Source of the DNA: a virus
Taxonomy: Duplodnaviria > Caudoviricetes
DNA length: 64,000 nucleotides
Direction: 5' to 3' (one strand)
Virus record (IMG/VR): IMGVR_UViG_3300037067_021792
The position numbers and the translations under genes are program-made. Below are positions 39,568 to 49,593 of this stretch, in pieces. Within the stretch, counting starts at the first letter, position 1; every line of letters starts with the position of its first letter. The notes under the pieces were generated by a model. It was given only the letters and a program-made list of their open reading frames with translations, was not told the origin of the DNA and searched no databases.

Positions 39568-40737
39568 ATGCAAATGCTCAGTCCGGATGAGATTTCAGAT
39601 TCTAAAGTTAAAGAGTGGTATGCAAAAAAACTCGGTTCACCAAAAGCTCTCATAATAGAGCACTTTGACGGAACGTGGTCGAGGGTATTTTCTAGGAATC
39701 TAATTCAGGAAAATATCCCAGTCGTTATTATTTCATTGTTCAGAGATATTGATATACCAGATAGAACGTGTATAAAAGTTAAATTAAATATTACCACTAA
39801 CGAAATTGACTATAAAGCCTTAGAGAAATTACTCATTGACCACAACATTGGATTCGTGTTTCAGCATGCATCTTTTGAACGACCTTATACTAAAATTTCC
39901 GATTATATTGAGAGCAGAAATTCTTTAATTGAGCAATACAAGTTACCTGTTCGGCCAATTGACATTTTCCATTTTGAGGGCGGATTTTTACGGCCAAGTT
40001 TATATCAGTTGGACTGCGTTGGTTGGAATTTGTGGAATTCAATGACTGATGAATCTTTTCCTAATATAAGTCAAGATCAAGAGACGGAATTGGATAAATG
40101 GCTTGTGAGGTTCCGAGAGGAAAAAACTCGTGGCACCATTTTTTCAAAACAGGATCTCTGCGAAAAGTTTAATATTCCGCCGAATAAATCAATCGTATTA
40201 TGCGGTATGCAAGTTCCTGGAGACAGTGTTCTTTTGCATTTCTCGCCATGGTGTAATACTCCATCGGAATTTATAGAAAATTGTATAAAAATTTTTCCTT
40301 CAGACCGTTTTCATCTAATATTTCGGCGACATCCCAAAGATACCGAGCAGTCAATGCTGGTAGATTTATTACAAATGTCACTTCCCGACCATTGCACTTT
40401 TCTACCGCCCTTGGATGGTGAGGCATATGACTCAGGATCTTTTTTGCCGGCATGTGACGTGGTTTGTGTTGTTAATTCTACGTTAGGATGCGAAGCTTTG
40501 GCATTTGATAAACCAGTAGTTAATTTAGGATTTGCCGCTTATCGATCAGCAACAATCCCATGCTATAATGACGATTCCAAAACGATTGAAAAAATGTTAC
40601 AACAGATAGACCGATTTTCAGAATACAGAGTGCGGGTTAGAAACTTATTATACCATATCATTACCAACTCCCCGGGATTAAGGGGATTATCATTTAAAGA
40701 TTTGGTCAACAAGAAGTCGAGATATCACAAAATATGA
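39568..40737 (+). CDS. KpsS/KpsC-like capsule polysaccharide glycosyltransferase
   Basis: MQVPGDS, RRHPKD, NSTLGCEALAFDKPV. Confidence 0.75.
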   Translation: MQMLSPDEISDSKVKEWYAKKLGSPKALIIEHFDGTWSRVFSRNLIQENIPVVIISLFRDIDIPDRTCIKVKLNITTNEIDYKALEKLLIDHNIGFVFQHASFERPYTKISDYIESRNSLIEQYKLPVRPIDIFHFEGGFLRPSLYQLDCVGWNLWNSMTDESFPNISQDQETELDKWLVRFREEKTRGTIFSKQDLCEKFNIPPNKSIVLCGMQVPGDSVLLHFSPWCNTPSEFIENCIKIFPSDRFHLIFRRHPKDTEQSMLVDLLQMSLPDHCTFLPPLDGEAYDSGSFLPACDVVCVVNSTLGCEALAFDKPVVNLGFAAYRSATIPCYNDDSKTIEKMLQQIDRFSEYRVRVRNLLYHIITNSPGLRGLSFKDLVNKKSRYHKI

Positions 40738-41939
40738 TAAATGGGAATTTGCGACTTATCGAATTGTTTGCGAAAAGATACCTTCGCCCTGGAATATCTG
40801 TACTTGATGTTGGATCTAATGGGGAAGCTGCTTATATCTTTTCTCAAAAACAATGCGTAGTAACAGCTCTTAGTTATGGAGATATTCCATCGTCTCCGGA
40901 ATATTGTAAAGTAAAAACTAATTTGTTATTCTTCGATTCAGATGATAAATTTGATGCGATTTGGTGTTCGCATGTATTAGAGCACATTTCTAATGTCAAC
41001 ATCTTTTTGCGGAAAATGATTAGTTGTGCCAAAAGCGATGCTTCGATTGGAGTGGTAGTTCCTCTAATAAAAGACGTATTAGTTGGTGGGCATATAAATT
41101 TATTTACTCCTGGTACTTTATGCTACAGTATAGTACTTGCTGGTCAGGATTTATCCCAAGCTACTGTTATACAATATAAAAACAACATCTGTGTATTTTG
41201 GAAAAGGCGAGATATATATCTGCCTACACTAAAATATGATAAAGGAGATTTGGAAATTTTGTCGTCGTTATTCCCACTTCCCGTTTGTCAAGACATTCAG
41301 GCAACAACGATATGGTCAGATGTCAGATCTGACGATTTTGACAGAGACAAAAATAATTTTGCTGACCAATTAGAAGATTTAGCTCGTGATTCAAATATCG
41401 AAGATAGATTTAAAAATGCAGAAATGTTATGGCATAGATACTCCAGGGTAATAGAACATGCTAAATCAATGGGATATAAAAAGGGGTTGGACTTTGGTCC
41501 TGGTTCGTGTCCAGGACTGATCGCCGGCAAACTACTCGGAGTCGATGTTTCAGGGATAGACATACCGATTTGTAGGGGACTGCCTAATAGATTTCACACA
41601 ATCCATCAACATGCAATACAAAAAGGGTTCAATTTAACAATATGCGATACTGATTTATACCCGTGGGCTTTTGACAGCGATTCTTTTGATTTTGTTTTGT
41701 GTTTTGATGCTCTTTTTGTGGATTGGAAACAACATATAGATTGGAAGGTTGATCCTTCCAGATGCCTGTCGAGGATTAACGAAATGTTGCGGATTTTAAA
41801 GAATGGAGGAGGGTTTTATATTGGGGGCGGTGGTGGCATGGGCCTAGACGCAGACTTTGTTAAATTGGTATCGTTCAGTAATCTTAAAAGTATCAAGTTT
41901 TTTAAATGGGAATTCGCTTCTATCTCCCAGATTCTGTAG
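40734..41939 (+). CDS. Tandem two-domain class I SAM methyltransferase
   Basis: VLDVGS..CSHVLEH and GLDFGPG..FDSDSFDFV..RILKNGG. Confidence 0.8.
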   Translation: MINGNLRLIELFAKRYLRPGISVLDVGSNGEAAYIFSQKQCVVTALSYGDIPSSPEYCKVKTNLLFFDSDDKFDAIWCSHVLEHISNVNIFLRKMISCAKSDASIGVVVPLIKDVLVGGHINLFTPGTLCYSIVLAGQDLSQATVIQYKNNICVFWKRRDIYLPTLKYDKGDLEILSSLFPLPVCQDIQATTIWSDVRSDDFDRDKNNFADQLEDLARDSNIEDRFKNAEMLWHRYSRVIEHAKSMGYKKGLDFGPGSCPGLIAGKLLGVDVSGIDIPICRGLPNRFHTIHQHAIQKGFNLTICDTDLYPWAFDSDSFDFVLCFDALFVDWKQHIDWKVDPSRCLSRINEMLRILKNGGGFYIGGGGGMGLDADFVKLVSFSNLKSIKFFKWEFASISQIL

Positions 41940-41942
41940 TAT

Positions 41943-42200
41943 TCAGAGCTGCTTACCTCTAGAATGTATGATATGAAAAGGTATCAACCGCCTTTCTCCT
42001 TTGACTGGCACTATTAAAGCAGAATGGTCTTCTGTTAGCTCGGCGGCTTTCCACATGGGTTTATGGGTCACTAATTTTTTGGGTAAATCAGAAATTTTTA
42101 GAACATAAGAGTTGTTGTCCAGAAATCTGACTACGAATACTTCATCTTTAGGATGAAAGCTAAATTCAACGATATACGCAAATTCTCTTAGATCTGTCAT
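41943..42200 (-). CDS. Hypothetical protein
   Basis: 85 aa with GTATAAT just upstream. Confidence 0.6.
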   Translation of the reverse strand: MTDLREFAYIVEFSFHPKDEVFVVRFLDNNSYVLKISDLPKKLVTHKPMWKAAELTEDHSALIVPVKGERRLIPFHIIHSRGKQL

Positions 42201-42219
42201 GTTGTATTATACAACAGAT

Positions 42220-43419
42220 TTAGTCATTCATGAGCCCACGATTTTGTTCTCGATGCACAGCTCCTGGTGTGAAAGAAACAATTTTTCCTTTCCAGCCAAT
42301 TTTATTGCGCGATAAGTCAAGATACTCATCGGGTATTTTGCTTGGATTTTGAAAGGAAACAAAAGTGACTTGATGAGAAAAAGGCAGCACTGAATATGTC
42401 CAGGCTGTGCCATCTGCACTTAACTCTATCAATCGATTTGCTATATCTTGTTCATTTTCAATGGTTTCGGTTATACGATTTAAATATTTAGCACTAAATA
42501 TGTATTTCCAGTCTGATTTTTGTGCTCTGGGCCTGATTTTCTTAAAAGCTTTTTTAGCAGCATAAGAAAGAGACCTCAACATAGGTATTGCTATTGTTTG
42601 ATTAGTAGCAAAGGGTTCTGGCTGTTTTGGTGGGTCTTTGGCCCGTTCTTTTGGTTCTGACATAACCATTTCTTTGGGTGGTTCCGGATCAAATATTTTC
42701 TGCAATAACTCTTCTTTAGTGCCACCTTGTCTTTCGTATTTGTCCACAAATTGAATTATGGAGGAAACTGGTTCGTCGGGCCACATTTTTTGTAATGCAC
42801 TTAAAACATCCGACATATCCATAGAATATCGGTATGTCGTGACTCGATTCCGGCCTGTTCCTTTCTTTTTAACTGTTTGATTAGGGTCTTTTATGCTCCA
42901 AAATTGATTTAGGGTAGAATCTGAACTTATATCGGGGTATCGATTTCCGTAAATGGTATTTCTCCAATCTGGTGCCTTTTCTATATCTGCAATATAAAAA
43001 TTATATAGAGGCACATTGCTACGTTCTTTATGCTCAACATCGGTTTTATCAAGGGCAGCACGTAATTGAGTTTTAACTCCTGTCATTGGTTGAAGGCTAT
43101 AAGTCATATCTTTGGTAGTTTTTTCGACGATCTTTTGTATGTTTTCGTAGGTTTTTATGGCGGATTTTTTCTCATTTTTTTTGAAATGCCAATATTCTTG
43201 ATAACCAGAAATGCCCAGTTTGGTATTAATAACATATAAGCCAATCGAATACCCCTTTTTTGTTTCATCAAGGGCCAGGTTGACATTATAGTCATCTGTG
43301 CAATATCGATCTATATCGTGAATGTAGTAGGTTCGTCCTTTTGAGAGGTGCTCTGATATCGAGTCACCTTCTTGCACGGTTGTGGCAACTTTGATTGGAT
43401 ATACATTTTTCCACGGCAT
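42220..43419 (-). CDS. Hypothetical protein
   Basis: 399-aa ORF below an AAGGA-class promoter. Confidence 0.7.
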   Translation of the reverse strand: MPWKNVYPIKVATTVQEGDSISEHLSKGRTYYIHDIDRYCTDDYNVNLALDETKKGYSIGLYVINTKLGISGYQEYWHFKKNEKKSAIKTYENIQKIVEKTTKDMTYSLQPMTGVKTQLRAALDKTDVEHKERSNVPLYNFYIADIEKAPDWRNTIYGNRYPDISSDSTLNQFWSIKDPNQTVKKKGTGRNRVTTYRYSMDMSDVLSALQKMWPDEPVSSIIQFVDKYERQGGTKEELLQKIFDPEPPKEMVMSEPKERAKDPPKQPEPFATNQTIAIPMLRSLSYAAKKAFKKIRPRAQKSDWKYIFSAKYLNRITETIENEQDIANRLIELSADGTAWTYSVLPFSHQVTFVSFQNPSKIPDEYLDLSRNKIGWKGKIVSFTPGAVHREQNRGLMND

Positions 43420-43426
43420 AGATTAA

Positions 43427-43495
43427 TTATACGGCGCTAGCACTGAATTGTCCTTTGAAATTTCCAAAGGAATAGATACAATCAATTCGGTATAA
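43427..43495. promoter_or_regulatory. Back-to-back AAGGA-N18-GTATAA promoters
   Basis: Minus strand 43455->43427, plus strand 43467->43495; identical motif and spacing. Confidence 0.65.
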
Positions 43496-43519
43496 GTAAT
43501 TGGAGAAAATCGGAGAAAT

Positions 43520-44230
43520 TTGATGGATCTAATAGTAAAACCCATAAATCAATGTATAAGTAAATTTGCGCAACAATCTGGCAATCCTTTTGTCGGGGTT
43601 CCTGGCACTCCAAATTTGCCTCCTGCCGCTCCTGCGCCTGCTCCGGCTGCACCTGCTCCGGCTGCACCTGCTCCGGCTGCAGTTGCTACTCCTGCTGCTG
43701 GTGGTGGTGCTGCCCAAATGCTTCGGGATGCTATTAAATCATTCGGCAATATATTGAATAATCAATTGATTAGACCATATAACAAAGCTATTCAGGAAGC
43801 ATTAGCAGCTTTAAAATATTTGTCAAGCGTTAACCCGCAGTCAATAAGTCCTCAAATCACTCAACAAGTGTATTCAGTTGTTAATATGCTGAATCAAATG
43901 AGCGCTACAACCCAAAAAGACTCTGCGTTGGCGTCACAATTAGTGCAGGGGATTCAGCAATTGATGATGTCGATTAAAAGGTCTTTTGGTACAATGGAGC
44001 GAAGCCCTGAGTATACTAAGGCGCTACAGGATATCCAGCGGCAATATGCCCAAAGACAACCACAGGCACCACAATTGCAAGCGCCGCGGACACAAAATCC
44101 AGGATTATGGCAAAGAATGCAGCAAGGCTTACAGAATTGGATACAGCCCGGAACAGCCCGAGCCAAAACAGATAGTTCAATTAAAATTAGCGCCCAGATG
44201 GGATCGGTAAATTCAATTATCGAAAAATAA
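43520..44230 (+). CDS. Pro/Ala/Gln-rich protein
   Basis: PAPAA repeats (15-bp CCTGCTCCGGCTGCA units) and Gln-rich helices. Confidence 0.65.
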   Translation: MMDLIVKPINQCISKFAQQSGNPFVGVPGTPNLPPAAPAPAPAAPAPAAPAPAAVATPAAGGGAAQMLRDAIKSFGNILNNQLIRPYNKAIQEALAALKYLSSVNPQSISPQITQQVYSVVNMLNQMSATTQKDSALASQLVQGIQQLMMSIKRSFGTMERSPEYTKALQDIQRQYAQRQPQAPQLQAPRTQNPGLWQRMQQGLQNWIQPGTARAKTDSSIKISAQMGSVNSIIEK

Positions 44231-45261
44231 TGTCAAGTTGGCTACGAAAGATCGCACAGTCTGACATTCGATTCGACATGCATCGGTATGACGCCGAGAT
44301 GTCGGAGTATATTACTGATTTATATTACAGAATCATTGAAAACGAAGAGCGACTTAAGACATTTCAAGTAGATGCAAATTTTATAATCAATACCTATCAA
44401 CAAGCAGGATATCCCGATATAGAAAAGCTCAAAGCAGCATTGCAGTCTGCCGATCCGTCAGCAGTAAGCGAACAACTAGGTGAAATATCTCAGTGGAATG
44501 TTAACCTTAATAAAAACAATTATGAGAATTATGATCAAAGATATGAAGCTTATAAAATGCTCAGAGATTATGATGATACATTAACTCCTTCCTCGACTTC
44601 TATAGAAGAGGCACAGAAAATAATTGCCGATGTTCAGTCTAAAACCCGGCAGAACATGCAATGGATTGCTAATCAAATTCAGTCTGCCATAAGCCGTGTT
44701 TCTAACTGGAATAATAGTCCTATCATCATAACTCCCTCTCCGGTATCTGGTAGTTTTGGCAATGAATGGCTTGAACCTGCAACAGGCGCTGGTGTAAGAG
44801 TGGGAGGCGGGAACGATGATGAGCTTAGCCCGGATTTTGAAATATTTGTTCACGAAAATCAAATAATAATACCACCTGAAGGCATTAATGAAGATAATGA
44901 CTTTTTCCAAAATCCCAGAGTGACGAGCGATTATTTTAATCTGATCAAAGAATTACAGAATCCTGGTTCCACAAATAGGCCAGGAAAAATACTAACACTT
45001 TTTACTGCTCGTCCCGTTGAACATCGAGAACAATATATGAGTGCAACTACTGTGCCGGGTGGTATTTGGCTTTCTAGCTCTTCAAGTAATGTCGAAGATG
45101 TGGCACTTGATCTGTCTGGCAAACGTGACATTTGGAAAGTCCGAATAGATGAACGATATGTTCAGAAACACTTAGATATGGGCTCTTATCAACATTATGA
45201 AGTCATGGGACGTGAACCGGTTCCGGTTAAAAGTATCAAATTATATTATCCCGCTGATTGA
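44230..45261 (+). CDS. Protein with possible C-terminal ADP-ribosyltransferase-like fold
   Basis: LTLFTARP..GIWLSSS..IWKVRI..HYEV spacing resembles ART core strands; weak. Confidence 0.35.
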   Translation: MSSWLRKIAQSDIRFDMHRYDAEMSEYITDLYYRIIENEERLKTFQVDANFIINTYQQAGYPDIEKLKAALQSADPSAVSEQLGEISQWNVNLNKNNYENYDQRYEAYKMLRDYDDTLTPSSTSIEEAQKIIADVQSKTRQNMQWIANQIQSAISRVSNWNNSPIIITPSPVSGSFGNEWLEPATGAGVRVGGGNDDELSPDFEIFVHENQIIIPPEGINEDNDFFQNPRVTSDYFNLIKELQNPGSTNRPGKILTLFTARPVEHREQYMSATTVPGGIWLSSSSSNVEDVALDLSGKRDIWKVRIDERYVQKHLDMGSYQHYEVMGREPVPVKSIKLYYPAD

Positions 45262-45286
45262 CAAATACCTATTCCTGTAGTATACT
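45258..45286 (+). promoter_or_regulatory. sigma70-like promoter
   Basis: TTGACA-N17-TATACT. Confidence 0.75.
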
Positions 45287-45303
45287 ATTACAAAGGAGAT
45301 ACT

Positions 45304-46683
45304 ATGTCTGAACGAGCTTTGCTTGGAACACCGCCCGTTTCGTTTAACGAAGTAATTAAAGAAGACACGACTATAGAATATGCAATGGTTGTCAAGGCCA
45401 TTTGTGAACAATATGGGATTAAACCGCAGGATTTGAGACAAATTACCTACACGTATACTACATGGGATGTCAAGAGCGAGAGCAAGATAAGACATATTCG
45501 TCAGGTTCCTCACAAAATTTATATCCCAGAATCCCTAGCACCTAATACCAGGGATGAAAATGAGACTCCGGTTCTAAACTTAACCATGTCTCCAAATCCG
45601 ACATTAGATGACCCATATGATGCCGGAATACACGAATATGAAATTAATGCCAACAGGGGCAAAATTCGAATGTGGAGATGGAGAGGATTCCGTAATTATG
45701 CGCCTCTGGGAAGCTACGTGGAATTTGTTGAGCATTGCAATTTGAAGAAGTTTTATCGATTTATTTTAGAGAGCCAAAATGATATTCCAGATGCCCTTCA
45801 ACCTGTTCTAGAGCCTGAAAAATTACGAGATATTTATGCGAATAGTATCGGGTTTCTTGAACGAGGCCAGTCGATGCTTAAGACATATAAAGAGCACAAT
45901 ATACCCTGCAAGAGAGGATTGCTATTAGCCGGATGTCCCGGCGGGGGAAAAACGTATACTTGCAAGTGGCTGCGACAATTATGTGTTAGGAAAGGATTTG
46001 ATTATAAAGTTGTTACTTTCGAGGATTACCGTAATGCTTTGTCTCGTGGCACTGTTAGTAGCTTATTTAGGTTAGCTCCAGGAGAATGGGGTATTATCTT
46101 TTTTGATGACATGGAAATGGCCTTACAGCCTAAAAGCTCGGGAAATACTCATGTTAACACATTCTTAACTGAACTAGATGGAATCGAGCCCACAGAGGGT
46201 ATAGTATATATATTTACATCTAACCAAATAGAAGATCTCGATACAGCTTTTGTTCGTCCTGGTCGTATTGACGTATTTATGATTTTTCAAGCACCAAATA
46301 AAAAATTAAGAAGAGTATATATTGAGAATCGTTTTCACGCCGATTTGCTAAAAACATTAGGTGCTAACATTGCGAACAAAGACGATGAAATTATTAAAGA
46401 TATTATAAATAGGACCGAAAGCTATACATTTGCCGAAATCGAGGAAGTGCGTAAATTGATGACTATTGATTTTTTGGATGGAAAAGAAGTTAGTGTAGAA
46501 AAAACCTTTAAATTATTTGAAAAACATCGGCAGGAATTTGCAGATCGGCTTAAATTCGGGTTTGGAAAAATGGGCGAAAGCGCAGATGATTATGACGGAG
46601 ACTGCGGAGAAGATTGGGCGTCCGAATTTGTTCTTCCGCCGCCATATAGTCCTGTTGACCTTCTTCGCCGGAGGATGACGTGA
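45304..46683 (+). CDS. AAA+ ATPase related to 9945..11102
   Basis: GCPGGGKT, IFFDDME, TSN..LDTAFVRPGRID. Confidence 0.9.
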   Translation: MSERALLGTPPVSFNEVIKEDTTIEYAMVVKAICEQYGIKPQDLRQITYTYTTWDVKSESKIRHIRQVPHKIYIPESLAPNTRDENETPVLNLTMSPNPTLDDPYDAGIHEYEINANRGKIRMWRWRGFRNYAPLGSYVEFVEHCNLKKFYRFILESQNDIPDALQPVLEPEKLRDIYANSIGFLERGQSMLKTYKEHNIPCKRGLLLAGCPGGGKTYTCKWLRQLCVRKGFDYKVVTFEDYRNALSRGTVSSLFRLAPGEWGIIFFDDMEMALQPKSSGNTHVNTFLTELDGIEPTEGIVYIFTSNQIEDLDTAFVRPGRIDVFMIFQAPNKKLRRVYIENRFHADLLKTLGANIANKDDEIIKDIINRTESYTFAEIEEVRKLMTIDFLDGKEVSVEKTFKLFEKHRQEFADRLKFGFGKMGESADDYDGDCGEDWASEFVLPPPYSPVDLLRRRMT

Positions 46684-47041
46684 ACAGAGAAATTTTTGAA
46701 GTCGGAAAGCAACCATGTGACAATTTCAATCCCAGCGACTCGTGCTATCCGGGTGGTGGGAATCTACATGAGTGTCCAGGCTGTTGTGGTTGTAGATCGT
46801 GGTGCCAGAATTGCAATAAAGATCATCATTCTGAAGGATGGGATTTGTGCGGAAGCAACACGAAGCATGCACTGCGGGCAATTGTGGCACGTATTAAAGG
46901 CGAATTCGACAATCCCGAGTTAATGTTGTTTGGCCCACTGAGCACAGATACCGTAAAAGACATTCTGAACATTGCCCTTAGCGCAGAATGACCATCTTTG
47001 GTTCCCAAGTCTGTGATGGGGATTCCTAGCACCTAATATAA

Positions 47042-47109
47042 CGCACCCAGTAGGAGTCGAACCTACTTTGACAGAGTTAGAATCTGCTAGCTCCCACGAG
47101 CATAGGTGC
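47042..47109 (-). tRNA. tRNA with CUA anticodon (amber suppressor), tRNA-Pyl-like fold
   Basis: GCACCTA-T-GCTC-GTGG-GAGC-T-AGCAGA-TT-CTA-AC-TCTGTC-AAA-GTAGG-TTCGACT-CCTAC-TGGGTGC-G; no encoded CCA. Confidence 0.85.
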
Positions 47110-47143
47110 AAAAATGGCCGTGAATTTTAATTTCGCGGCCATT
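47110..47143 (-). terminator. Intrinsic terminator after hsp20
   Basis: ATGGCCGCGAA..TTCACGGCCAT hairpin with T-run, ending exactly at the tRNA 5' end. Confidence 0.75.
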
Positions 47144-47150
47144 AACTTAA

Positions 47151-47594
47151 TCAGTCTGTCTTGACCGGAATTTGTTTCCGGTCAGAACCATTTGCAATCT
47201 TAGGGCAAGTTACCGATAGGACTCCATCTCGGAGCGATGCAGATATCTGGTCTTTGTCTACATTAGGCATGTAGTAAGACCTTGTGCTCTTGCCATAATA
47301 TCGCTCTTTGTGTCGAGATTGTCCTTCCTCGTTATCCTTTCTGGTTTCAGATGTAATAGTTAAAGTATTATCGCCATATTCGACTTTTATGTCTGTTTCC
47401 TTTGTGCCTGGTACTTCGGCTTTGACTGTGAACGAACGGTCACTTTCACTAAAGTCTGAAACAATACTAGTAGTTGGCCAATTCCAGTCCGGCCATCCCA
47501 GCATTATATCAGCAAGACCCCGCTCAAAAACAAATCCGAACGGGTCATACGAACTAAAGATACCAAGCCTTTGCTTTTTGGATAACTCATTCAT
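47151..47594 (-). CDS. Hsp20 small heat-shock protein
   Basis: AEVPG..DIKVE..LTI..ERYYG..ASLRDGVLSVTCPK..IPV. Confidence 0.92.
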   Translation of the reverse strand: MNELSKKQRLGIFSSYDPFGFVFERGLADIMLGWPDWNWPTTSIVSDFSESDRSFTVKAEVPGTKETDIKVEYGDNTLTITSETRKDNEEGQSRHKERYYGKSTRSYYMPNVDKDQISASLRDGVLSVTCPKIANGSDRKQIPVKTD

Positions 47595-47621
47595 TTGTTT
47601 TCTCCTTTCTTTGTGTGAATT

Positions 47622-49250
47622 TTACATGCCGTCCATTTGTGGATGTTTGTCATTCTCTTCTTTGGGCACATCGGCGACTACAACGTTTGTAGTCAAAAGC
47701 AAGCCACCGATACTCGCTGCATTTTGTAGGGCACATCGTTCTACTTTAACTGGCACCAATACACCCATCGAAACAAGATTTCCATATTGCCCGGTTAGGG
47801 CATTATACCCGAAATTAGGGTCAGTAGAATTTTGTACTTTCTCCAACACAATTGCGCCTTCAACGCCAGCATTAAGGGTTATCTGGCGTATTGGAGCACA
47901 TAGGGCTCGCTTAACAATGTCCACGCCTGTTTTCTCGTCTAGCGTGAGAGAATTATCATTAAGTAAATCATTCAGCGCCCTTGTTGCCCTTACTGGTGCA
48001 ACTCCACCACCAGGCAAAACACCTTCCTGCACGGCCGCTCGGCACGCGTGAAGGGCATCATCAATGCGGGCTTTCTTTTCCTTCATTTCTGTTTCAGTCG
48101 CAGCACCAACATTGATCTGGGCAACACCACCTGAAAGCTTTGCTAGCCGTTCTTCTAACTTCTCTTTGTCGTAATCGCTATTACTTGATTCGATAGCAGA
48201 TTTAATCTGATTAATGCGCCCCTTAATTGCTTCAGGGTTACCTGCTCCATCGACAATAGTAGTATCATCCTTGGTGATTTTGACTTTCTTGGCTGCTCCA
48301 AGAATTTCAAGTCCTAGATTTTCGAGCTTTTCACCAAGTTCTCCAGTGATGGCTCTGGCACCAGTTAGAATGGCAATATCTTCGAGCATTGCCTTTCTAC
48401 GATCGCCAAAACTAGGTGCTTTTGTGGCACAGCATTTAAGAGTTCCACGAAGTTTATTGACAACTAGAGTTGCCAACGCTTCACCTTCGATATCCTCGGC
48501 GACAATCAGTATTGACTTATTTGCTTGTGATACTTGTTCGAGTATTTTTACGATATCTTTGACGGTTGTTAGCTTTTTGTCATACAGAAAAATGTATGGT
48601 TCTTCGAGTTCGCACTCCATTGTTTCAAGGTCAGTAGCAAAATGCGGAGATTTATATCCTTTATCAAATTGCATTCCTTCAACTAGCTCTACATATGTAT
48701 CAACTGTTGTGCCTTCTTCGATAGTAATAACACCGTCTTTCCCGACTTTATCCATAGCTTCTGCAATTTGCTCACCAATGGCTGCATCCTGGTTGGCTGC
48801 ACTGGTTCCAACCTGCGCTATTTGTTTTGTGTCGGTTACGTCAATTTTCATTTTCTTAAATTCTTCGACAACAACTTCGACTGCCTTGTCGATACCTCGT
48901 TTAAGGCTCATTGAATCAGCGCCAGCTACAACGTTCTTGAGCCCTTCCTCAAATATCGCTTCTGCATAAATCGTAGCAGTTGTTGTTCCGTCGCCCGCAG
49001 TATTGGAAGTTTTATTGGCAACCTCTTTGACCATTTGGGCACCAACATCCTCGTAAGGATCTTTTAGATCAATTTCGTTAGCTACGGTTACACCATCTTT
49101 GGTGATAACAGGTGTGCCGAAGTCTTTCTTGATGATTACATTGCGGCCACGAGGCCCTAGAGTTTCTTTGACTGCCCGAGCAAGTTTCTTTACACCATTA
49201 CGAATGGACTCTCTGGCTTGTTGATCATAAAGCATTTCTTTTGCGCTCAT
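47622..49250 (-). CDS. groL: Chaperonin GroEL
   Basis: [45 protein letters not shown]. Confidence 0.98.
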   Translation of the reverse strand: MSAKEMLYDQQARESIRNGVKKLARAVKETLGPRGRNVIIKKDFGTPVITKDGVTVANEIDLKDPYEDVGAQMVKEVANKTSNTAGDGTTTATIYAEAIFEEGLKNVVAGADSMSLKRGIDKAVEVVVEEFKKMKIDVTDTKQIAQVGTSAANQDAAIGEQIAEAMDKVGKDGVITIEEGTTVDTYVELVEGMQFDKGYKSPHFATDLETMECELEEPYIFLYDKKLTTVKDIVKILEQVSQANKSILIVAEDIEGEALATLVVNKLRGTLKCCATKAPSFGDRRKAMLEDIAILTGARAITGELGEKLENLGLEILGAAKKVKITKDDTTIVDGAGNPEAIKGRINQIKSAIESSNSDYDKEKLEERLAKLSGGVAQINVGAATETEMKEKKARIDDALHACRAAVQEGVLPGGGVAPVRATRALNDLLNDNSLTLDEKTGVDIVKRALCAPIRQITLNAGVEGAIVLEKVQNSTDPNFGYNALTGQYGNLVSMGVLVPVKVERCALQNAASIGGLLLTTNVVVADVPKEENDKHPQMDGM

Positions 49251-49263
49251 TCATTTTCTCCTT

Positions 49264-49578
49264 TTACTCTTTGACTACACAGAAAATTTCGTTTTCGCTT
49301 AGTAGTAGATATTTTTCACCGCAACATTCGAATTCATTTCCGGAGTATTTGGCAAAAACAACCTTATCGCCGGGTTGTAGCACTAATTTTGTTATCGTGC
49401 CATCAGAATTTAGAATCCCTTCGCCAACTGCCAACACAGTTCCAACAACTGGCCTCTCTTTGGCATCATCTGGTAGATATAGCCCACCTTCTGTTTTTTG
49501 AGGCTCCTCGTCTCGCTTGACTACAATTTTGTCTCGAATTGGTTGCAACTTGCAATTACATTTACACTGATTTTCCAT
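49264..49578 (-). CDS. groS: Co-chaperonin GroES
   Basis: LQPIRDKIVV, TEGGLYLPD, GDKVVFAKYSG. Confidence 0.96.
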   Translation of the reverse strand: MENQCKCNCKLQPIRDKIVVKRDEEPQKTEGGLYLPDDAKERPVVGTVLAVGEGILNSDGTITKLVLQPGDKVVFAKYSGNEFECCGEKYLLLSENEIFCVVKE

Positions 49579-49593
49579 CTTGCTTTTCTCCTT

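Noticed and set aside
47042-47109. tRNA-Leu(TAG)
   Set aside because: TAG appears only on the + strand; the T arm orients the gene on the minus strand, giving CTA, and there is no long variable arm
47308-49501. Long + strand ORFs opposite groEL, groES and hsp20
   Set aside because: Antisense shadows of highly conserved genes
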